DNA of 44,299 nt from a virus. The position numbers and the translations under genes are program-made. Where the stretch lies: the IMG/VR virus record IMGVR_UViG_3300015203_000006, positions 1 through 44,299 of that record, one strand, 5' to 3'. Shown here piece by piece: positions 1-7,175 of this stretch. The notes under the pieces are model-generated. The model did no database searches, had not been told where the DNA came from, and was given only the letters and a program-made list of their open reading frames with translations. How positions within the stretch are numbered: the stretch's first letter is position 1; the number at the start of each line of letters is the position of its first letter.

Positions 1-291
1 TCCCTGGCAGCGTCCCTGGCAGCGGCCCCGGCAGCGGCCCAGGTAGCGTCCCAGGCAGCGTCCCTGGCAGCGTCCCTGGCAGCGTCCCTGGCAGCGGCCC
101 AGGTAGCGTCCCAGGCAGCGTCCCTGGCAGCGTCCCTGGCAGCGTCCCTGGCAGCGTCCCCGGCAGCGGCCCAGGTAGCGGCCCAGGTAGCGTCCCAGGC
201 AGCGTCCCTGGCAGCGGCCCCGGCAGCGGCCCAGGTAGCGTCCCAGGCAGCGTCCCTGGCAGCGTCCCTGGCAGCGTCCCTGGCAGCGGCC
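1..291. repeat. Tandem 12-nt repeat array, 24 units (window-start copy)
   Basis: Read directly. Units are A=tccctggcagcg, B=gccccggcagcg, C=gcccaggtagcg, D=tcccaggcagcg, E=tccccggcagcg, in the order AABCDAAACDAAAECCDABCDAAA, followed by gcc. There are no spacers. The array lies in frame inside a minus-strand ORF. Confidence 0.97.
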
Positions 292-728
292 GCCTTCGTT
301 CTGGCGTTCCTCACCACTGGACCCGCTGCCGTCGCTGCGACCATGTCGGCGATCCGGCGGAGCCCCCGCAGCTCGGCTGCCTCCACCGTCAACCCAGCGA
401 GATCGAGCCATGCTGGGGTGTAGGTGCGGATCAGCCAGTCCAACGCAAGGTAGGACCGTGCCTCGTCCTGCCCGTCACCGGCGGTGCCCACGATCCTGGC
501 GGCGTAAGGCAGCAGGGTTTGTCGTTGCTTATCGTTCCACTGGTCGTTGAGGTTCATCGTGTATGAGCGCAGGACCGGGGATACGCATGGCGGGTTGTCC
601 GTGTGGAGGCGGCCGGCGAGCCAGGCTGCGACTTCGTTGATGCAGTGCCCCTGCTCGAACGTGGAATGTGCTCCGTTGTCGAGGTGGAGGGTGGGGAGCT
701 GTGCGAGACGCTCGGGTTGGATGGTCAT
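1..728 (-). CDS. Tetrapeptide-repeat protein: N-terminal domain plus repeat tract (open at window start; C-terminus at 44299..43921 if the molecule is circular)
   Basis: Absent from the ORF track because it is open-ended. The ATG at 728 overlaps the TGA of the upstream gene (ATGA). Manual translation: [148 protein letters not shown], then [20 protein letters not shown] units with no stop down to position 1. Confidence 0.75.
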   Translation of the reverse strand, partial: MTIQPERLAQLPTLHLDNGAHSTFEQGHCINEVAAWLAGRLHTDNPPCVSPVLRSYTMNLNDQWNDKQRQTLLPYAARIVGTAGDGQDEARSYLALDWLIRTYTPAWLDLAGLTVEAAELRGLRRIADMVAATAAGPVVRNARTKAAAARDAARDAARDAAWDATWAAAGAAARDAAWDATWAATWAAAGDAARDAARDAARDAAWDATWAAARDAARDAARDAAWDATWAAAGAAARDAAR

Positions 729-1198
729 CGGGTTCCGCTTTCTGTGCGTCCGGCGAGGGCGGCGTCGTGGGCGCGGATACTCGCCCACTCGATGCCGGCG
801 GCGACGTGGTGCAGGATGCTGAGCGAGCTGGCCTGGTCGTGGGCCCGGGCATGGGCATGGCAGAGCTCGTCACCTTCGACGGTGACCACCGAGAATGATT
901 CGCAGTAGTGGCATTGCTCGGGCAGGGTCGTGGCCTCATACAGGTCTCCGCCGAAGGCCTCAGCCTGGGACGGGGTCAGGGTGACGGTGAATGTGTCAGC
1001 CCAGGCCCGTTCGAGGGCCGCGGTGTACAGGTCGGTTTCCGGTGCGCCGGGTTCGAGGTGGTGGAGTGCGACGAGGTTCCCGATCTGCGCCGGGGTGAGC
1101 TGGGCAGCGAGGGCCTCGATGATCGGGCCCGGGTCCAGGGTGATTTCGATCGACCACGTATCAACATCAACAATCTGTTGAACCGTGACGGGGTTCAT
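725..1198 (-). CDS. Hypothetical protein, 157 aa
   Basis: ORF track gives 725..1252. The preferred ATG at 1198 overlaps the stop of the HNH gene (ATGA). Contains a CxxC...CxH-like motif (QCHYCESF...ELCHAH). No family recognised. Confidence 0.65.
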   Translation of the reverse strand: MNPVTVQQIVDVDTWSIEITLDPGPIIEALAAQLTPAQIGNLVALHHLEPGAPETDLYTAALERAWADTFTVTLTPSQAEAFGGDLYEATTLPEQCHYCESFSVVTVEGDELCHAHARAHDQASSLSILHHVAAGIEWASIRAHDAALAGRTESGTR

Positions 1199-1755
1199 GA
1201 CGCACGCTCCGCACGCCAGCGGGCAACATTTATCCTGTTGCACTCCCGGCAATACCGTGAACCCCTGTAGATACGAGTGTTGGCCTCGGTGTATTCGTGT
1301 CCCTGTGGGCAGTGGGTGACTGCTGATTCGGCGCTGACATTCCGTCCTTTGCTGTACATGTCTTTGTTGTTATCGGCTTGTGTCCCAAGGAAGAGATGCT
1401 CGATGTCGTTGCACGGCGGGTTATCACAGTGGTGAAGGACGTGGAGCCCGTCAGGGATCGGGCCGTTGGCGAGCTCCCACGCGAGGCGTGTTGTCTTGAC
1501 CGTCTTGTGGTCGACTCTGATCTGCCCGTAACCGTCTCTGGTGGTGCTGCGGGTCCATTCGAGACAGCCATTCGGTTGACGGACCAGTCCAGCGGCGAGG
1601 CGCTCGGCGGGCGAGAGCGCAGGTAGCGGTTCAATCTCTCCATGTCTTCGCATGTATGTGTAATGAGCTGAGCACATTCCGCGCGACGCGACGCTCTTGG
1701 CGCAGTCCTCCACGGAACAGACGGCGGCTTGGGCGGGTGCGCTGGTGCTGGTCAT
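1195..1755 (-). CDS. HNH homing-type endonuclease (paralog 1 of 4)
   Basis: 186 aa. N-terminal CSVEDC...GMCSAHY zinc knuckle, then GYGQ. HNH core is HVLHHCDNPPCNDIEHLFLGTQADNNKDM. C-terminal ribbon is HCPQGHEY..N..CRECN. Same architecture as 31348..31905 and 38453..39046. Confidence 0.9.
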   Translation of the reverse strand: MTSTSAPAQAAVCSVEDCAKSVASRGMCSAHYTYMRRHGEIEPLPALSPAERLAAGLVRQPNGCLEWTRSTTRDGYGQIRVDHKTVKTTRLAWELANGPIPDGLHVLHHCDNPPCNDIEHLFLGTQADNNKDMYSKGRNVSAESAVTHCPQGHEYTEANTRIYRGSRYCRECNRINVARWRAERAS

Positions 1756-1829
1756 TGCTATGCTCGATTCCGTAGATGTTGAGCAGCGGTTCTCTTTGCG
1801 GGGGCTGGCGTTTCGCTGTGTGTGGTGGG

Positions 1830-2336
1830 TTAGGGCTTGAATGCGCCCGATTCGACTGCGGCGCCGAATGATCCGAACAAGGTCACCGCGGGCAAAGCCC
1901 GGTCGTAGTCCTCACGCCATGCGGTGTAGGCGATGTTGACGACGCTGACGTTGCGGTACCGCAGCCGGTCCATCTCCATGAGGTCGACAAGGAGGATGAA
2001 CCGCAGTGGTTTCCGTTTGCCCTCGCCGAGAGCGACGACGACGTCCATGCCCGGGTCGTTATCGAGGTCCAGGGCATCCTCATCGCGCATCGACCTGGCC
2101 ATGACCTTGTCCGCGCTGCCACTATCAGCCGCGTCGGCCTTGTCTATGGCTGCGTTGATCGCGGTGTCGATCGGGACCTTGAGGTCACCGGCGTCGATGT
2201 GGGCGCGGATGCGTTGTGCGGCAACGAGTTTCGCGTCGGCTTTCGTGGTCCCGTCTGTGGGGTCGCATGCCGCGATGACCTCGCGGTAGACCTCGCGGAC
2301 CTTGATGTCCCAGTCGTAGAAGAAGTCTTCAGACAT
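1830..2336 (-). CDS. Hypothetical protein, 168 aa
   Basis: ORF-track ORF. The ATG at 2336 overlaps the upstream stop by 8 nt. Acidic protein; no family recognised. Confidence 0.7.
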   Translation of the reverse strand: MSEDFFYDWDIKVREVYREVIAACDPTDGTTKADAKLVAAQRIRAHIDAGDLKVPIDTAINAAIDKADAADSGSADKVMARSMRDEDALDLDNDPGMDVVVALGEGKRKPLRFILLVDLMEMDRLRYRNVSVVNIAYTAWREDYDRALPAVTLFGSFGAAVESGAFKP

Positions 2337-3066
2337 TGGCCAGCTCCATCTCCGCGGCGTAGGTGATCAGCGCGTCCGCGAGATGGCGGATGGTGGCCGG
2401 GGTGTGCAACTCCCTGTTGTGTGGGGTTGCGCCAAGAGCGCCGGTCTTCCACGCCTGCAGTACGCGGGCGCGGTGCTCGGGGACCATCAGCCCTTCGAGG
2501 GAGCCCAGTGCGAACCCGAAGTTCTCACAAGCCTTCTCGGCGTCGTACTTGGCCAGGGCGTCGCCTTCGAGGACCGGCTGCTGTGTGCGTCGCGCCTTGA
2601 CTGGGGGAGGATCGGCGGCAGGCGTCGGCTCGGGTATCGGCTCAGCCTTGGCTGGCTCCGGCTTCGGTGCGACTTCCTCGCGGGCCTCGCTGATCGTCTT
2701 GGCTGTGACTTTGCCGCCGGACTCATGGGCTTTGACCATGACCTCAGCCGCGACCTCGGGTGTGAGGCCGGTCAGAGCGCGGGCTTGACCCTCGTTGGCG
2801 GGTAGCGGAGTGTCGCCAATTGGCGACATCGCGTCGACGGTCTGCGCCGCGTCCATCAGTCGGTACGCGCGGCTCGGGCTAAAACTCCAACGGTCCTGGC
2901 AGTAGTCCTCGAAGGTCGAGTAGTCCTGGTAGTAGAGCCGCTGGGCACCGATCGCGGTCAGTTCACGGCCGACGTCGAGGAAGGTCCGCAGCCCGCGTTC
3001 GATGACCTCTTCGCGACGGGCTAGGTCGGCGTCGACGGCGGCGTCGCGGACCGTGACGACTGTCAT
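2329..3066 (-). CDS. Putative DNA-binding protein (ParB/KorB-like HTH motif), 245 aa
   Basis: ORF track gives 2329..3444, but the first 126 aa are Arg/Pro-rich shadow sequence. The ATG at 3066 overlaps the stop of the upstream gene (ATGA). The motif YSTFEDYCQDRWSFSPSRAYRLMDAA resembles the HTH of phage ParB/KorB-like proteins. A Pro/Ala/Glu-rich linker follows. Confidence 0.6.
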   Translation of the reverse strand: MTVVTVRDAAVDADLARREEVIERGLRTFLDVGRELTAIGAQRLYYQDYSTFEDYCQDRWSFSPSRAYRLMDAAQTVDAMSPIGDTPLPANEGQARALTGLTPEVAAEVMVKAHESGGKVTAKTISEAREEVAPKPEPAKAEPIPEPTPAADPPPVKARRTQQPVLEGDALAKYDAEKACENFGFALGSLEGLMVPEHRARVLQAWKTGALGATPHNRELHTPATIRHLADALITYAAEMELANV

Positions 3067-3266
3067 GACGCGACTGGCGTGGCGAGTTCTGGGAACCAGT
3101 TGCGAAGGGTCTGACCTCGGATCGGGACGCCGGTGGTGTTGTCGAGGACTCGGGCGATGGCCTCCCACGACGCGCCACTGTTGCGGCTTGCTGTGACGTA
3201 CTGTGCGAGGGGTTCGGAGAGCCGGGCCTCGATGAGTTGGTAGCTGCGGGTCTGATCCGGGTTCAT
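3063..3266 (-). CDS. Cro-like early HTH DNA-binding protein, 67 aa (start uncertain)
   Basis: ORF track gives 3063..3344 from a TTG. The first 25 codons have poor third-position GC, so the ATG at 3266 (MNPDQTRSYQLIE...) is preferred. HTH-like segment: ASWEAIARVLDNTTGVPIRGQTLRNWF. Transcribed divergently from the repressor. Confidence 0.55.
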   Translation of the reverse strand: MNPDQTRSYQLIEARLSEPLAQYVTASRNSGASWEAIARVLDNTTGVPIRGQTLRNWFPELATPVAS

Positions 3267-3357
3267 GCCTCGTAGATTGGCATATCCAATCTGATTGTGC
3301 AACCCGTTTACCCACTCGTTCGCAAACGGCTTGCCAAATGACAATGGTTAGCCCATC
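3267..3357. promoter_or_regulatory. Divergent switch region between Cro-like gene and repressor, with a 19-bp palindromic operator candidate
   Basis: 91-bp locally AT-richer intergenic region. Perfect palindrome agattgg-catat-ccaatct at 3274..3292, abutting the Cro-like gene start. TTGCCA at 3331..3336 is a possible -35 for the plus strand. The promoter hexamers are not convincing by eye. Confidence 0.5.
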
Positions 3358-3705
3358 ATGGGCGACATGAGTACACAGAGGCACGAGCACCGGGACGTAC
3401 CCGCAGACACGTTCGAGATGCGCCTGGCCATGGCGCGCTTCCATGCTGGGAACATCTCAGCCAACGAGGCCGCGCTGCGCGTCGGAGTGAACGGTCAGAC
3501 ATGGCGGAACTGGGAGGCGGGCACCAGCCCGGGTGCTCACCAGCCTGCGATGCTCGCGTTCATCGCGCAGCAGCTCGGAGTGGACCAGGATTGGCTACGC
3601 AACGGCGGCCCACTCAGCAACCCGGACTCGCCCAATTCTCGCCCTGATGCCGATACCGTTGAGTATTCGCACCGGCGCAGGCTCATGCTCGCGCCTGCGG
3701 CCTAG
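3358..3705 (+). CDS. Immunity repressor, XRE-type HTH, 115 aa, with Ala-Ala C-terminus
   Basis: HTH_3-like segment FEMRLAMARFHAGNISANEAALRVGVNGQTWRNWEAG...IAQQLGVDQDWL. Low-complexity tail PLSNPDSPNSRPDADTVEYSHRRRLMLAPAA. Its TAG overlaps the integrase start (TAGTG). Confidence 0.8.
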   Translation: MGDMSTQRHEHRDVPADTFEMRLAMARFHAGNISANEAALRVGVNGQTWRNWEAGTSPGAHQPAMLAFIAQQLGVDQDWLRNGGPLSNPDSPNSRPDADTVEYSHRRRLMLAPAA

Positions 3706-4565
3706 TGATGTCCGCCACAGTCCTACCTTTCAACGCGGCGTGTCGCTTGCCAGCGGTCCACGATGCCGCTATGAGCAGATTCACAGGTTTCGAGCCGTGG
3801 CTACGAGCGAACAACTGTGGTGACAGCACCGTCCACTACCGTCTCGCGCACCTAAGAGACTTCGCAGCCCACCATCCGCGGTTCCCGAACGTCACCCCGG
3901 GTGAGATCACGAACTGGCTCGGACGGATCGGCTACATGCCGTGGAGCCGAGCGACGTTCTACGGGCATTTGAGGTCCTACTTCACGTTCGCCATCGACGC
4001 CGGGATCGTCACCGTCGACCCGATGGCCAGGATGCGACGGCCCAGGCAGGGCAAGAGTGTCCCCCGCCCGTTGAACCCGGCCCAGGTCCGGACGGTGATG
4101 GCTGCGAGGAACGCGAACGTCCGGGCATGGCTGACGTTGGCGCTGTACGCGGGGTTGCGTGCGCACGAGATCGCGAAGATCCGGGGGGAGGACGTTGAGG
4201 AACGCCAACTGTACGTGGTGGGCAAGGGCGGCTCTGAGGCGTACCTGCCGACGCACCCGCTGGTCTGGGCGCTGGCGTTGGAGCGGCCCGCTGCGGGTTG
4301 GTGGTTCCCGACGATCGCCGACACAGGGCATGTGTCTGCGCGGTCGGTGTCGGCGATCACTGGTCGGGTGTTCGCTGCTAACGGGATCGAGGGGAGTATT
4401 CACCGCGGTAGGCATACCTACGCCACCGAGCTTCTGCGGGCCGGAGCCAACGTCAGGGTTGTGCAGACGCTTATGCGTCATGCGTCTTTGCAGTCGACGA
4501 TGGTCTACACGGCCGTCGACGAGGACGAGCGGCGGGACGCGATCGCCCTGCTCCTGGCGGCGTGA
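3705..4565 (+). CDS. int: Tyrosine integrase
   Basis: Box I: LTLALYAGLRAHEI. Box II: HRGRHTYATELLRAGANVRVVQTLMRHASLQSTMVYTAV (H-x-x-R ... Y). Start is GTG 3705 or ATG 3708. C-terminus is ...RRDAIALLLAA. Confidence 0.95.
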   Translation: MMSATVLPFNAACRLPAVHDAAMSRFTGFEPWLRANNCGDSTVHYRLAHLRDFAAHHPRFPNVTPGEITNWLGRIGYMPWSRATFYGHLRSYFTFAIDAGIVTVDPMARMRRPRQGKSVPRPLNPAQVRTVMAARNANVRAWLTLALYAGLRAHEIAKIRGEDVEERQLYVVGKGGSEAYLPTHPLVWALALERPAAGWWFPTIADTGHVSARSVSAITGRVFAANGIEGSIHRGRHTYATELLRAGANVRVVQTLMRHASLQSTMVYTAVDEDERRDAIALLLAA

Positions 4566-4639
4566 TGTTCGACACGATCCGGGGCCGCGACCCGCGTAAC
4601 CGGTTAGGTTCCGTCCACTACCACCATCGAGGGATCACC

Positions 4640-5041
4640 ATGAACCGCAGGTTCGCAGTCGCTGTAACCGTCCTACTCGCCGCTGGCAGCCTGACCGGGT
4701 GCGGTGGTGGCGGGACGAAGGTTGACACCTCGTCTGCGTCGGCCATAGCCGCGGCGATGGACAAGGGCGGGTTCACCTGTACGGGGTGGAAGGCGAACCC
4801 GGCAGCAGTCGGTCCGAAGGAGTCGGGTAGCTGCGACCACGGCGGGACTGCTATCACGGTGTCGACGTTTGAGAGCGCGGATCAGATGAAGCGGGTCGTT
4901 GACTCGATTTCTAAGGCGTTTGGTCAGGACCCGGCGGCCAGTGGTACGGGGGCTGTGATTGGGGATGCGTGGATGGTTACGCCGGGCGACGCGTCGCAGG
5001 GTGCCGCGATCCAGAAGATCATCGGCGGGACCGTCAAGTAA
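4640..5041 (+). CDS. Secreted lipoprotein, 133 aa, in the lysogeny module
   Basis: The ORF-track ORF 4562..5041 is trimmed to the ATG at 4640, which follows a gaggga SD. Signal peptide plus lipobox: MNRRFAVAVTVLLAAGSLTGCGGGG. Same strand as the repressor and integrase. Confidence 0.8.
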   Translation: MNRRFAVAVTVLLAAGSLTGCGGGGTKVDTSSASAIAAAMDKGGFTCTGWKANPAAVGPKESGSCDHGGTAITVSTFESADQMKRVVDSISKAFGQDPAASGTGAVIGDAWMVTPGDASQGAAIQKIIGGTVK

Positions 5042-5057
5042 CCGGGACGTAGTGAAG

Positions 5058-5100
5058 CGCCCCACCCTTGAGGCCGGAGGGGCGGCTCAAGGGTGGGGCG
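5058..5100. terminator. Bidirectional hairpin terminator between convergent genes
   Basis: Perfect 15-bp stem: cgccccacccttgag (5058..5072) pairs with ctcaagggtggggcg (5086..5100), with a 13-nt loop. It starts 17 nt after the lipoprotein stop. Confidence 0.7.
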
Positions 5101-5254
5101 GGTCAGCGCCTGCTGGTCCGGACCGGCCGGGCTGTCAGCAGGCAGGTATCACGGCGCCGGTCGTCACGTAAAGGTGCATGGCACATCCCTGTAACGTGCG
5201 AAGATTCGGCCCTGTTCTTGGCACGTGCCTTTGAATCTTCGGGTCGGGCGGCAC

Positions 5255-5545
5255 TTACGGCGCCGGCGGCGGGGTGGGTGGAGCGTCAGCGACAGCCTCA
5301 CCCTGCACGGACGCGAGGAACTTGTCCGCTGCGGTGAAGTCCAGGGGTGCACCAGCAGCATGCTGGGCTTTGAGCTCGGCGATGACGGTCGCGAACGCGT
5401 CCGTCTCGGCTTTCACGTCGGCGTCGAGGTGGGCCTGGTCTGCGTTGATCTCGGTCATGATGTCTCCAATTTCTTCGAGTCGTGCATCGATGCGGCTGGC
5501 CCAGGTGGACCAGTCACGGTAGGTGAGGTAGCGGAAGCCCGTCAT
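5255..5545 (-). CDS. Hypothetical coiled-coil protein, 96 aa, last gene of the lysis region
   Basis: ORF track gives 5255..5653. The ATG at 5545 overlaps the holin stop (ATGA). Sequence MTGFRYLTYRDWSTW...; Pro-rich C-terminus PPTPPPAP. Confidence 0.65.
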   Translation of the reverse strand: MTGFRYLTYRDWSTWASRIDARLEEIGDIMTEINADQAHLDADVKAETDAFATVIAELKAQHAAGAPLDFTAADKFLASVQGEAVADAPPTPPPAP

Positions 5546-5826
5546 GGGATGACCGGGGTGACGGCCACTGGTTTGCCTTCGCTGATGCCGGCGGCTGGGC
5601 CGGACACGAACCCGCCGTCGACCTTCGCCACGGCCACGTTCGCTGGCGCCCAAACCTTGGTGTGGGTGATGAGCCCGGCGACCAGTGGGCCGACCCCGGC
5701 GATGATGCCGAGCACTGCGATCTGCTGGTCTTTCGTCAGGTCGATGCCGAAGGCGACCAGGGCTGCCATGAGTGCGGCGACGGCCGTGGTGATGGCGCCG
5801 ATCGTGATGGCGGGTTGGGTATTCAT
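5542..5826 (-). CDS. Holin-like membrane protein, 94 aa, two TM segments
   Basis: TM1 is AITIGAITTAVAALMAALVAFGI and TM2 is IAVLGIIAGVGPLVAGLITH. Strong SD (agaaggagcacc ATG). Located in the lysis cassette. Confidence 0.7.
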   Translation of the reverse strand: MNTQPAITIGAITTAVAALMAALVAFGIDLTKDQQIAVLGIIAGVGPLVAGLITHTKVWAPANVAVAKVDGGFVSGPAAGISEGKPVAVTPVIP

Positions 5827-5972
5827 GGTGCTCCTTCTGTCGCTTCTCCCACGTCGCGGTCGGGTGGGGGTGTCACTTCGGCGCCGACGAACACGGAGGT
5901 GTCGATCGTGTCGAAGGGGTGTGGGGTTGCGTGGAGGTCGTCGGGGTGGATCTGCCGGTCAGCCCACGTCAC
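5823..5972 (-). CDS. Small acidic ORF, 49 aa, bridging the LuxR gene and the holin
   Basis: Not in the ORF track (<60 aa). The GTG at 5972 overlaps the LuxR TGA (GTGA). Its TGA overlaps the holin ATG (ATGA). Third-position GC is high over the first two thirds. Peptide: VTWADRQIHPDDLHATPHPFDTIDTSVFVGAEVTPPPDRDVGEATEGAP. Confidence 0.4.
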   Translation of the reverse strand: MTWADRQIHPDDLHATPHPFDTIDTSVFVGAEVTPPPDRDVGEATEGAP

Positions 5973-6361
5973 AGTTCATCGCCGCCTTCCTGGTCTGCAT
6001 GGTCTTCTGGTGGTGTTTCCAGGCCAAGGTGGACACCCGCCATCGCCGCAGCGCCCCGGTTATGCACCCCGGTCTTCTGGTAGATGGCGCCGATATGGCT
6101 CTTCACGGTGCTCAGGCTGAGGTAGAACCGTTTCGCTATGTCGTCGCTGGAGTCTCCCGCCATGATCCGGATCAGGATCTCCTGCTCACGTTTGGACAGG
6201 GCTTTTTCGAGCCTGGAGACGATGACTTCGGGCGGGACCAACACGGCGGCGAGGATGTTGGCGGCGGTCAGTGCGTGCTCGAGGCGTGCGACTTCGACGT
6301 TGAGGCGGATGATCTCTGCCCGTGCGTCAGCGAGTGACCGCAGCGTCGCTTGGATGGGCAT
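5969..6361 (-). CDS. LuxR/GerE-type HTH transcriptional regulator, 130 aa
   Basis: C-terminal GerE signature SKREQEILIRIMAGDSSDDIAKRFYLSLSTVKSHIGAIYQKTGVHNRGAAAMAG. N-terminal coiled coil of about 55 aa. No receiver or autoinducer domain. Confidence 0.85.
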   Translation of the reverse strand: MPIQATLRSLADARAEIIRLNVEVARLEHALTAANILAAVLVPPEVIVSRLEKALSKREQEILIRIMAGDSSDDIAKRFYLSLSTVKSHIGAIYQKTGVHNRGAAAMAGVHLGLETPPEDHADQEGGDEL

Positions 6362-6377
6362 AGGGGGTCAGCCCTCC

Positions 6378-7175
6378 TTAGTGGGCGTTGAGGTAACGCT
6401 GCAAAGCGGCGTAGGTCTGCGGGCCGGGGATGCCGTCCTGCGCGGAGCCGACGAGGCGTTGGATTGCTTTCCATGTCAGCGGCCCAGGGTTGCCGTCAGC
6501 TGTGACCCCGACCTTGCGTTGGATCGCGGCCCAGGACACCGGCCCGAGGACCGAGTCCGCAACAACGCCGGCCCACTGTTGCAGCCGCATCCGGGTCTGC
6601 GTGCCGAATGCTCCGTCGACTGTGAGGACGACCCGCCCTGTTGGTGTTGGGGGGTGTGGGACGGGTGGCAACGGTTTCCCGCCGCGTAGGGTTTGGGCTC
6701 GGGCGATGATCGCGGGGCGTTGCGCTTGCCGCACTGGCCCGCAACACGAGTGCCCGCCATAGGCCTGCCCACCCATGCTGTGGACCCCGACGCCGCGCTC
6801 GCCGGGGGCGTTGGCCAGGAGGTCTGGGGTGCTGAGGAAGTTGTGCCAGGTCGCGAGGGTGTTGATTTGTGCGGGGGTGTAGGGCTCGTTTGGGTACCCT
6901 TCGCATTCGAACGCGTGGTAGGACGCGTTGCCTGCGCCTTGCGCCCAGGGTTCACGGTTGAGTTCGGTGTACTGCTCGCTGTGGCCGTCTTTGGTGACCC
7001 ATGCGGTGGAGAATTTCCGGTTGGGGCTGACCGCGTGCTCGAAGTAGGCCCAGAGGGAGCCGTTGCCGACTTGGACGTGGCCGATCCATCCGATGGGTTG
7101 GCCGGGGGTGAAGGTGCCGGCTTCGGCGCGGTAGGTGATGGGGCGCCAGGCGGCGCCGGGTAGGTAGAGGTTCAT
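6378..7175 (-). CDS. Endolysin: N-acetylmuramoyl-L-alanine amidase-like domain plus C-terminal peptidoglycan-binding repeats
   Basis: N-terminal region has His/His/Cys candidates (GWIGHVQVG ... GVHSMGG..GGHSCCG). C-terminal PG_binding_1-like repeats: DGAFGTQTRMRLQQW, LGPVSWAAIQRKVG, DGNPGPLTWKAIQRLVG, DGIPGPQTYAALQRYL. Confidence 0.8.
   Translation of the reverse strand: MNLYLPGAAWRPITYRAEAGTFTPGQPIGWIGHVQVGNGSLWAYFEHAVSPNRKFSTAWVTKDGHSEQYTELNREPWAQGAGNASYHAFECEGYPNEPYTPAQINTLATWHNFLSTPDLLANAPGERGVGVHSMGGQAYGGHSCCGPVRQAQRPAIIARAQTLRGGKPLPPVPHPPTPTGRVVLTVDGAFGTQTRMRLQQWAGVVADSVLGPVSWAAIQRKVGVTADGNPGPLTWKAIQRLVGSAQDGIPGPQTYAALQRYLNAH

Noticed and set aside
1-291. The 12-nt repeats could be mistaken for a CRISPR array or a non-coding satellite.
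   Set aside because: The units are contiguous with no spacers and far shorter than CRISPR repeats. They are in frame within an ORF that has unique N- and C-terminal domains and coupled start/stop codons.
3267-3344. The TTG-initiated 93-aa version of the Cro-like gene would leave only 13 bp between the divergent genes.
   Set aside because: The first 25 codons have markedly lower third-position GC than the rest of the gene. They also contain the 19-bp palindrome. This stretch is more likely a non-coding operator/promoter region.
2329-3444. The maximal ORF extensions in the track might be the real gene starts, for example 2329..3444, 35721..37223, 35042..35671, 38023..38496, 33300..33707 and 9912..11666.
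   Set aside because: The extensions are Arg/Pro-rich and overlap the preceding gene. Internal ATG/GTG starts coincide exactly with the upstream stop (ATGA/GTGA) or follow a clear SD.
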